Origin: Anaerolineae bacterium
GTDB taxonomy: Bacteria > Chloroflexota > Anaerolineae > CAZYHC01
NCBI GenBank assembly: GCA_034417895.1
Contig: DAOULT010000051.1
Span: forward strand, 4,996-68,995
DNA length: 64,000 bases
Reading direction: 5' to 3'
The stretch's first letter is position 1. Each line of letters begins with the position of its first letter. Under the pieces are notes generated by a model, which was not told the DNA's origin, made no database searches, and worked only from the letters and a program-made list of their open reading frames with translations. The position numbers and the translations under genes are program-made. Below are positions 37,908 to 45,394 of this stretch, one piece after another.

Positions 37908-38813
37908 TTAGTAACCGCGTGCGAACTCCTGCCAGTATTCACAGCCCCAGGCCTCGAAGACGCCAGCCTTGACCCAATCGCTGGAGCGTTCGGTGTAAAC
38001 GGCGAAGGTCCAGGTCCCGCTGCTGCCCGGCGGGATATCACCTTGTTTTTCCATCTCGTGGATCCATACTTCTTCGGCCCACCACTCCTGCGTCCCATCG
38101 GTGAGGACGAAATATGGATACCAGGGCGCTTTGATGGAGGAGTTGGTATGGTTGTGGACGGTAAGCTCCACGGAGAACTCCTGGCCGGCGACCGCGGACA
38201 CCTCGCTTTCCTTCGGCCCATAGCGCATGTTGGCCCAGGTCGCGGTGAGCAGGCTGGCGCAATCGTTACCACCACTGCCGCTCCCGCTGCCGCCGAATAC
38301 GCCACCCCCGCCGTTACCGCCGCCGCCACCACTACCGCCCCCGCCGCTGAAGTCTTTGTCGGTAAAGTTTTTATCCTCCACGACCTGGCCTGTTTCGGCG
38401 TCCACGACGAAAAGGTTATCCACGACCGTTTGCCAGTAGACCTCGTTGTCGGTCTCTCCGACCACGACGAGCATCGGGACCGGGAAGCAGACTATGTATT
38501 TCCCGAAGAGCAAACCGGTTATCACCACGTCGGGGGGCAGATTCTGGAAGGTGGTGGCTAAGGCCATGTGCCCCAAAATCACCTGCTCGACCAGCGCGTA
38601 ATCGTACTCGGTAGAAACAGGCCACATGGTTACGTAGGCCAGCAGAGCGCCGCTTTGGGAGTCTTTGATCACGTCGCACTCTATAACCCTGTAGCCCTTC
38701 CCCTCCAGGTAACGGGTCACTTCCTGAGCGCCGCCAATGGCGCTCACGGGCGCGACCAGCGTGGTCGAGAGCAGGGTAACCATGATCAGGGCTGAGATCA
38801 TCTTATAGCGCAT
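37908..38813 (-). CDS. Secreted two-domain protein with a poly-Gly/Ser linker (paralog 2).
   Basis: Same architecture as 36852..37763. Conserved C-domain NDCASLLTATWANMRY...WGCEYWQEFARGY. Confidence 0.7.
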   Translation of the reverse strand: MRYKMISALIMVTLLSTTLVAPVSAIGGAQEVTRYLEGKGYRVIECDVIKDSQSGALLAYVTMWPVSTEYDYALVEQVILGHMALATTFQNLPPDVVITGLLFGKYIVCFPVPMLVVVGETDNEVYWQTVVDNLFVVDAETGQVVEDKNFTDKDFSGGGGSGGGGGNGGGGVFGGSGSGSGGNDCASLLTATWANMRYGPKESEVSAVAGQEFSVELTVHNHTNSSIKAPWYPYFVLTDGTQEWWAEEVWIHEMEKQGDIPPGSSGTWTFAVYTERSSDWVKAGVFEAWGCEYWQEFARGY

Positions 38814-38875
38814 AATTACCTTTCACCTTGCCCTTCTTTTTAGATTGCCTCCCCAAGCCCCCCGAAAAATCGTGA

Positions 38876-38949
38876 TGGGCGAAACAGGACTTGAACCTGT
38901 GACCTCTTCCTTGTAAGGGAAGCGCTCTATCCATCTGAGCTATTCGCCC
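38876..38949 (-). tRNA. tRNA-Val (anticodon UAC).
   Basis: Reverse-strand cloverleaf: GGGCGAA / TA / GCTC AGATGGAT AGAGC / G / CTTCC CTTACAA GGAAG / AGGTC / ACAGG TTCAAGT CCTGT / TTCGCCC A. Acceptor and anticodon stems pair perfectly. Anticodon TAC. No encoded CCA. Confidence 0.85.
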
Positions 38950-39086
38950 TCGTCTATTCCTACCACTATTATACAGGCGAAAGAACCTTTCGTCAAGGGC
39001 GATTTTGGGGGCTGGCCCCTGGCCTTCGGAGGTCGAGGCGGAAATGAGTCTAACAAATCTCTCGGTGTTCTCCGTGCTCTCCGGGG

Positions 39087-41546
39087 CTACATCCTGTGAG
39101 CCTGAGCGTCCAGGGCTTTTCTGAGGGCGTAGTGGTAATCTTCATTCTGAGGATCGAGGTTAAGGGCTTGCTGGATTTCGTACAGGGCATTCTCGATCAG
39201 CCCCGCCCGCACATAGGCCTCGTGAGCGTACCAGTAGTACCGGGCCTGGCGTCTGGGATCGTCGATATCGTCGTAAGTGGCCGCCTCTCTGAACTTATCC
39301 ACCGCCTGCTGGCAAAACTCTTCCCCCTGGAGGATAAAGGTTTCCCCGATCAGGCGATGGAGCGCGGGAGAGGTGGGGCGGAGGGCCAGAGCCTGGTAAT
39401 AAGTCTCTCTGGCCTGCTCGTAATCCTGCAAAGTGGCGTAGAGCTGGCCCAAACATTCCAGGCTGTCCACGTCGTGTTCGTTTATGTCCAGGGCGATGTG
39501 GTACAAATCTAAAGCTTGCTTGTAATTGCCTCGCCGCCCCCAACTCCGGGCCAGGCGGCGGATGACATATATGTTTTGAGGGGCAAGACGATAAGCATGT
39601 TGGTATCTGGAAATGGCTCGCAGGTCTTGTCCTCTCCGTTCCTCCTGATCTCCTTCGGCCATCAGTTTGGTGATCTCCAGCAGGCTTAAAGTTTCGGAGG
39701 CCAAAAATTGCCTCAGCTCTTGTGGGCCATTGTCGCGCTCCAGCCTGCGGCGCAACTCGGAATATCCGAACTGAAGGGAACAAACCTGCGCCGTCAGGCC
39801 CAACGAGCGCTCGAAAGAGTTAAGCCGCCTGGAAAGACCCGCTCGTATCTCCTCCTCGCTTATCCCCTCGAAGGGAGTTCTATCGTTCAGGATGATGAAT
39901 TCCTGCTCGTGTGCGGGATGGCCGAAAACCTGCGCCTTCTCCAGATGGCATTCCAGACGGCAGTAGTGATAGGCCACTGTTTTCAGCTTCTCCATCGCCC
40001 AGGAAACTATCGCCTGTGATCCCTCGATGGTACCCTTCAGGTCGGCGCTGACGGTCACGATCAGAAGACGATGGTTCTGGAGGGCGCTGGCATCCAGGTC
40101 GAGGGCGGCCACCACCTGCCCAAGACGGGCGAGGAAATCCTGCCAGGTCAGAGGGGACGGGGTCTTATCGGAGGCGATGGCGGCGCTTTTTTCGTGCGTT
40201 TTCTGAACCAGGTTTTCCCTGGCGATCACTTCCCCGACGATGGCTCCCAGCACCCGGAACAATCTGAGCAGCGAGGGGGCAAAGAAATCCTGTCCCGGCG
40301 CAAGAGGTTTTCTGGTCCCCAGGTATATCACGCCGTTGACCTGCCCGCCAGCGAAGGCCGGCACCGCCAGGGCAGCGGTGGCTCTCTCCTCGGGCTGATT
40401 GGCGATGCGCGGATCGTCAACCTCCTCCGCTCTCTGCACCACGATTTCCTGCCCATTCTCAAAAGCCCAACCGGACAACAGCCGACCGCGAATGATAGAT
40501 AGGGTGGGATTAAGGGGTATAGGAAAATTAGGGCTGACCGCTTTGAGTTTCAGGTTTCCGGTCTCGTAGGGAGGGCCATATATCAGACAATACAGGGCCG
40601 GATAAGCGACGCTGATGAGGCGAGCGATGGCTGAGAGAAAAGTATCTTGCCTGTACTGACTACGGTTATCCGCCGCACTGACCTCTGGCGGCTGCGGAGC
40701 AGAGACAGAAGCGTCTCGCAGACGCAGGCAGAAATCCACCATCGTCTCTACGAAATCCCAATCCTCAAAGGCGTCCAGGTAAGCGCCAACCTGGGCCTCA
40801 AAATTGGTCTGGTGGCCGACAGGCAGGCCCACAAATAGATAATAGCGCGGGGTGCTTATCCTGTAGAAATCCTTCTGATCGGTGTTCAAGTCGGTGGGGG
40901 TTACAACCACCTCTTGTTCGGCGCTGAGCAGGCCCTTAATGGAGGGTTCGGATAGCAAAATCGAAGCCGCCTCGGTGTTCGTCACTCTGACCATCCGGCC
41001 CTGGGGTTCGGCGGATTGAGCGGGGGAAGTTTTTCGGGAAGCGGCCAGGAGAGAGTTGAGAGGTAACTCGCGCTGACAGAGACAATGTAGGGCCGTATAT
41101 AGCAGTCTGGCCTGACAATGATTCGAGGCCCTGGTCAATTGATTGAGCGAAGAGCCAGGCCACCGATCCTGCTGTTTCCACTGCATCAGTAGCGCCCTGA
41201 GAGCGGCCACAGACAAATCCTCCCTGCTCTCTTCCAGCTCTTTTACCATCAAAGCTTCGACCAGATCGGCGAACTCAAATTCCCGGAATACTTTCTTGCC
41301 TCGCTGAACAGCGCGGGGCGAGAGAAGCCCGATTTTTATCCGATAGTCGAGTTCGTGATATTGCCAGCCGGTAAGGTCCAGCGCCACCCTGGCTCCGTAG
41401 CTTTGACCAGGCAAAAAACCCTTTTCCAGAAGCGTCTGGGTCGCTCTTTCATGGAACATATGGAACAGAGTCTTATCCAGCACGTTTGACTCCTTCTGGT
41501 CAGCGGCCTGGTGATCGATCATAGCCTTTTCTTCCGACTCTGCCAT
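39087..41546 (-). CDS. Large regulatory-type protein with a central GAF-like domain and C-terminal TPR repeats.
   Basis: GAF-like segment ...ATAALAVPAFAGGQVNGVIYLGTRKPLAPGQDFFAPSLLRLFRVLGAIVGEV. Several TPR units at the C-terminus (ALDLYHIALDIN..., YEQARETYYQALALRP...). Confidence 0.5.
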   Translation of the reverse strand: MAESEEKAMIDHQAADQKESNVLDKTLFHMFHERATQTLLEKGFLPGQSYGARVALDLTGWQYHELDYRIKIGLLSPRAVQRGKKVFREFEFADLVEALMVKELEESREDLSVAALRALLMQWKQQDRWPGSSLNQLTRASNHCQARLLYTALHCLCQRELPLNSLLAASRKTSPAQSAEPQGRMVRVTNTEAASILLSEPSIKGLLSAEQEVVVTPTDLNTDQKDFYRISTPRYYLFVGLPVGHQTNFEAQVGAYLDAFEDWDFVETMVDFCLRLRDASVSAPQPPEVSAADNRSQYRQDTFLSAIARLISVAYPALYCLIYGPPYETGNLKLKAVSPNFPIPLNPTLSIIRGRLLSGWAFENGQEIVVQRAEEVDDPRIANQPEERATAALAVPAFAGGQVNGVIYLGTRKPLAPGQDFFAPSLLRLFRVLGAIVGEVIARENLVQKTHEKSAAIASDKTPSPLTWQDFLARLGQVVAALDLDASALQNHRLLIVTVSADLKGTIEGSQAIVSWAMEKLKTVAYHYCRLECHLEKAQVFGHPAHEQEFIILNDRTPFEGISEEEIRAGLSRRLNSFERSLGLTAQVCSLQFGYSELRRRLERDNGPQELRQFLASETLSLLEITKLMAEGDQEERRGQDLRAISRYQHAYRLAPQNIYVIRRLARSWGRRGNYKQALDLYHIALDINEHDVDSLECLGQLYATLQDYEQARETYYQALALRPTSPALHRLIGETFILQGEEFCQQAVDKFREAATYDDIDDPRRQARYYWYAHEAYVRAGLIENALYEIQQALNLDPQNEDYHYALRKALDAQAHRM

Positions 41547-41706
41547 GGCTATCTCCTTCCTTTTCCCTGATATAAATCATTCCAGACAAGTATTATTAGT
41601 ATACCATAGATCTGAAATTTGTCAATATTCTGGTATAGAAGATCAAGTCGCGGATTGCCACTGATAAATAATTGTGAATGACAAGATTTTTATGAAGAAT
41701 CAGTTA

Positions 41707-41735
41707 TTGACAAAAGTATTTTTATGTGGTATAAT
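41707..41735 (+). promoter_or_regulatory. Consensus sigma70 promoter TTGACA-17-TATAAT in an AT-rich islet. It drives the small ORF at 41823.
   Basis: TTGACA at 41707..41712. 17-nt spacer. TATAAT at 41730..41735. AGGAGG RBS 7 nt before the GTG start. Confidence 0.55.
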
Positions 41736-41822
41736 TCCAATTAAAGTCTGAGTAAAATGAATTCAACCATGATCAAACGATAAATCTACTTCTAAAAAGA
41801 ATTTTTTCCAGGAGGTAGGCGC

Positions 41823-42152
41823 GTGGCATACGTAGTTGAGTTTTGGAGATCCAAATCTGGCTGGCACCAATTGTCTAGAGAGGAGAGAGAAGTCATGGTT
41901 GCGAAGTGGGACTCTCTCCTTTTATCCCTGCCTACCGCAGACGGAGCAGAGCCAACCCTTAAATGGTGCTGCTTCAACCATTGCGCAACGCCTTTCGACC
42001 TCCTTGTCCTTAGCGCACGCGAAGAATACGATCTGGCCGAACCTGGGGCTGATGTCCTCCAATTTAACTGGTCTCGATATTTTGAGAAAGTGGCCTTCAC
42101 CATCGGCAATCTCACCGCTGAAGAATACGCCCGAAAGCTCCATCCCTCGTAG
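41823..42152 (+). CDS. Hypothetical small cytoplasmic protein (109 aa, GTG start) in a low-GC islet.
   Basis: Strong promoter plus RBS. Non-repetitive protein-like sequence MAYVVEFWRSKSGWHQLSREEREVMVAKWDSLL... No family recognised. Confidence 0.5.
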   Translation: MAYVVEFWRSKSGWHQLSREEREVMVAKWDSLLLSLPTADGAEPTLKWCCFNHCATPFDLLVLSAREEYDLAEPGADVLQFNWSRYFEKVAFTIGNLTAEEYARKLHPS

Positions 42153-42416
42153 ACGTACAACAAGTTGAGAACAATTTAGAAATAAATTTCCAGACAGTCA
42201 GCCGGCGACCAGACGGACACGCTTTGTCAAGTCCGGGTGATGCCCGTTGTAAATGACGGGCAAGGAGAGCGTCCCGATCTGTTTAATTGGGTGCATTTAG
42301 AACATATTTTCTGAAATTTTTTACCAAACCTTAACCTGATCTTTACCTAATAATAACCTTTGTGTGGTATGATATTAGTGTAGACAATTGAACTCTCCCT
42401 TGCCTCCCTTTAAGCA

Positions 42417-42465
42417 GGCCGTCTCCCTATCGATCGTGGGGGACGGCTTGTTTTATCAGGGCTGT
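42417..42465 (+). terminator. Rho-independent terminator (stem gccgtctccc/gggggacggc + TTGTTTTAT) on the plus strand. It is preceded ~60 nt upstream by an extended -10-like TGTGGTATGAT, giving a candidate ~70-nt sRNA.
   Basis: Hairpin and T-tract read directly. Promoter-like tgtgtggtatgat at ~42362..42375. Confidence 0.4.
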
Positions 42466-42514
42466 ATTGGTTTCTGGAAGCGTCTGAGCTTTGTTGAGGT
42501 GGCTGGCGTCTTGA

Positions 42515-45394
42515 TTACCTGACCCTCACCTGGCCTAGCAGTATCCGGTCCGCCCTGCTTTCGCTCAGGACGGACAGTCTTTCGCCGCTGGCCGGGTCGT
42601 ATAGCCCGACCTCGATGGTGTACTGGCCCGCTGGCGCCTCGGCCCCGACCGCTAGCTTGTACTCATCGACCACGATCTCACCCTCCAGCCAACTGGTGGT
42701 CGGTCGCCCGGCGGGGATACGATCCTGCTGGCCCCATATCCGGCTTTGCCCATCCAGCAGGTGAACGAAGGCGGTGTAAGAGGTGTCCAGCGGGCGCAAA
42801 GCCTGCCAGTAAAGCGTCAGGGGCAGCGACTCCCCGGCCTGCACCTGCTCTGCGGGCAGATCGTAGCCCAAAAGCGCCACCAGCCCGCCCAGGTCGGCCT
42901 CTATGGGGTGCTGGATTTCGGGCCTCTCGAAGAGCCTGGCCCAACCTTCGACCGGCAGGGTGGTCAGTTCGGCTTCCTGCTCCGTTTCGCTCCCGGCCTT
43001 CAGCGCTACGGTCAGGCGGTACTCCCCCGGCTCGACGGCAGCCGGGACGATGAAATCGTGCCAGCCGCGCAGGATTTCGCCCGCCTGCCAGGCGGTGGTG
43101 GGGTAGCTTTTGCCCGCCGGGGGGGATTCTCGTTCGGCGATGGTTTCGCCCCCTGCATTTTTCAGGCGCATCACCGCCCGATAGTTGGCCGTGGTCTTTT
43201 GCCTGGCCTGCCAGTAAAGCGCCAGACTGATCCTGTCGCCGGGCCGCACCGTCGGCGAGGCTGACAGGTCGTAACCGAGCAGGCGAATACCCTCGCTCAG
43301 GTCTAGCGAAAGAGGGTGCTCTGGCTCGACGGTGGCCGGGTAGAGAGCCGGGGTCACTTCCACAGAGCCGACATCAACTGCCGTTCCCAGGCGCTCCCCG
43401 CTTTCCTCTTCGTACACCAGGAAGCGCAGTTGATAAGCGCCCGGCGGCGTGGCCGGGGCGATGGGCACGAGGTAGTAGTCTATCGTCTTCAGGCCCTTTT
43501 CCCAGCCGGAAGTGCCCCGATAAGCGTTATCCAGCAGGAACTTATCGACCTGGCCGACCACGTGCCCGTTTTCATCGAGCAGCCTGACCGAAGCCTTGTA
43601 ATCCTTTTCGACAGTCCCCTCCCGCTGCCAGTGAGCCATCACCCAGGCTCGTTCTCCAGAAGGCGCCTTTTGTCCATTGACGTCCTCTGCGGGCCAGGCA
43701 GGGCCATAAGCCACGTCGGATAGAGTTAGCGCCTGGCCGAAAGTGACTCCCAGCGGCTCGAAATCGGGCCAGGCGGAAAAATCCACCCCGGCGTAAGGCA
43801 GCCGGTAAGTGACCATCTCGTAGCCCCGGTACTCCTCTTCGGCCACGAACTGGCCGTACTTTTCGAGCAGGAACACGACGTAGCCTTTCAGATTGGCCTG
43901 GTCGTGTTTGGTCACTTTCCAGCGATTGATGAAATGCACGGTGTCTTTGCCCTGGCAGGCGGCGGTTAGCTCGCGGGGTATGGTTTCGTCGTCTATTTCG
44001 AGGTAGCGATAGGCGGCCTGGCCGTGATACAGAAAGTCGATGGTGTAGTTGTGACGCTTTGCCCGGCGGGGGTCCCAGGGCAGGATGAAGACCGCTTTGG
44101 GGTTGGTTTCTCGCTCCATGTGGGCCACCAGGTCAACGGCGTGGCCGTCGAAGGCGTGGTACGGGGCTTCGCTCGCGGCCCAGACCTGGAAATAGTCGTG
44201 ACAGGTAGCCCAAAGCGTGAGGCAAAAAGGCGCAGCCACCAGCACGGGCAGAACCAGCCGGGCCGGAAGACGAACCTTTGCCAGCAGGGGACGGGCGGCA
44301 TCCCATACCACCGCCAGCGACAGGGCCGGGAAGACGTACACCACCGGCAGCGCTCCGATGGCCTTGCGGCAGGAAAGCGGCCCGAAAGAGGATAGCACGC
44401 TGGGCAAGAGCATGATCGCCCACCACGCCAGGCAAAAAAGGTGAGCCGGGCGCCTGATCTGCATCAGGCAGATGAGCAGGCCAGCCCAGAAACAAACGGC
44501 CAGAGCCGGATCGAGCACCGGGCGGCCCGGCAAACCGGCCTCCCAGGAGCTATCGCCCCGCAACCCGAAAGCGGCCAGCGCCCCCACCACGTTGCGGCCC
44601 AAAGCTCCCAGGACGCTGCCCTGGTTGACGATGGGATTGAGGATGGAAACCTGCCCGGCCCGCAGGGTGAAATCTTCGGGGTGCAGCAAAAAGTGGCCGC
44701 CCAACGGAGCGAAAACGAGCAGCGCCACCAGAACGCAAAGGATGAGCAGCCTGAACTGCTTTCGTAAAAGAGCCGCTTCGCTCCCGGCCAGAAGCCACTG
44801 ACCCAAAAAGAAGAAAAGCAACACGAAGGACAAAAACCGCGACGATAAATAAGTGTACATGGAAAGCCCCAGGAAAAACCCGGCCAGGACGAAATCGCGC
44901 CTGCGGCCCACGTTCAAAGCTCGCCACAGGAAGTAGAAGCAGACCGTTTCCAACAGGGGCAGGGTAATGAGCCGGTAGCCGATGCGGCTGTAGCTCACGT
45001 GCCAATAGGAAGTAGCCAGCCCCAAAGCAGTCAGGGCAGCCATCAGGCGCGAGCGCGGCCCACGAAACATCTGGCCGGCCATCAGGTAAGTGGTCAACAC
45101 GGTGGCGGTGCCCACCAGGGCGGCCAGCGTCCGCTGCTCCCGGATGCCGGGGCCGAAGAGGGCGAAGGTCCCGGCCAGCAGGTATTGCCACAGCGGTTCG
45201 CGGCCCGTGGTGCGGGGGAAGAAGATGCGCCACTGGCCGTCCAGCACTTCCACCGCATCCAGGGCGTAAGCGGCCTCGTCACCGCTGAAGCCCGGCGGCG
45301 CGGCGTCCAACTGGTACAGCCGCAGGAAGGCGGCCAGGGCCAGGATGAGCAGCAAAAAGGCCCAGTCCACTTTGTTCGTTGTTTTGGCGCTCAT
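42515..45394 (-). CDS. GT-C fold (GT39/PMT-ArnT-like) polytopic membrane glycosyltransferase with three C-terminal copies of the novel ~115-aa repeat domain (cluster gene a, last gene).
   Basis: True start is ATG 45394 (MSAKTTNKVDWAFLLLILALAAFLRLYQLDAAPPGFSGDEAAYALD...), overlapping the upstream stop (ATGA). The 390-aa N-terminal extension in track ORF 42515..46570 is Arg/Pro-rich read-through. C-terminal repeats ...LLGYDLSASPTVRPGDRISLALYWQA... and ...VALLGYDLPAEQVQAGESLPLTLYWQALRPLDTSYTAFVHLLDGQSRIWGQQDRIPAGRPTTSWLEGEIVVDEYKL..AGQYTIEVGLYDPASGERL. Confidence 0.75.
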   Translation of the reverse strand: MSAKTTNKVDWAFLLLILALAAFLRLYQLDAAPPGFSGDEAAYALDAVEVLDGQWRIFFPRTTGREPLWQYLLAGTFALFGPGIREQRTLAALVGTATVLTTYLMAGQMFRGPRSRLMAALTALGLATSYWHVSYSRIGYRLITLPLLETVCFYFLWRALNVGRRRDFVLAGFFLGLSMYTYLSSRFLSFVLLFFFLGQWLLAGSEAALLRKQFRLLILCVLVALLVFAPLGGHFLLHPEDFTLRAGQVSILNPIVNQGSVLGALGRNVVGALAAFGLRGDSSWEAGLPGRPVLDPALAVCFWAGLLICLMQIRRPAHLFCLAWWAIMLLPSVLSSFGPLSCRKAIGALPVVYVFPALSLAVVWDAARPLLAKVRLPARLVLPVLVAAPFCLTLWATCHDYFQVWAASEAPYHAFDGHAVDLVAHMERETNPKAVFILPWDPRRAKRHNYTIDFLYHGQAAYRYLEIDDETIPRELTAACQGKDTVHFINRWKVTKHDQANLKGYVVFLLEKYGQFVAEEEYRGYEMVTYRLPYAGVDFSAWPDFEPLGVTFGQALTLSDVAYGPAWPAEDVNGQKAPSGERAWVMAHWQREGTVEKDYKASVRLLDENGHVVGQVDKFLLDNAYRGTSGWEKGLKTIDYYLVPIAPATPPGAYQLRFLVYEEESGERLGTAVDVGSVEVTPALYPATVEPEHPLSLDLSEGIRLLGYDLSASPTVRPGDRISLALYWQARQKTTANYRAVMRLKNAGGETIAERESPPAGKSYPTTAWQAGEILRGWHDFIVPAAVEPGEYRLTVALKAGSETEQEAELTTLPVEGWARLFERPEIQHPIEADLGGLVALLGYDLPAEQVQAGESLPLTLYWQALRPLDTSYTAFVHLLDGQSRIWGQQDRIPAGRPTTSWLEGEIVVDEYKLAVGAEAPAGQYTIEVGLYDPASGERLSVLSESRADRILLGQVRVR

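Noticed and set aside
38950-39086. Possible terminator hairpin (ggggctggcccc) after the GAF/TPR gene.
   Set aside because: The stem is imperfect and there is no U-tract on the relevant strand.
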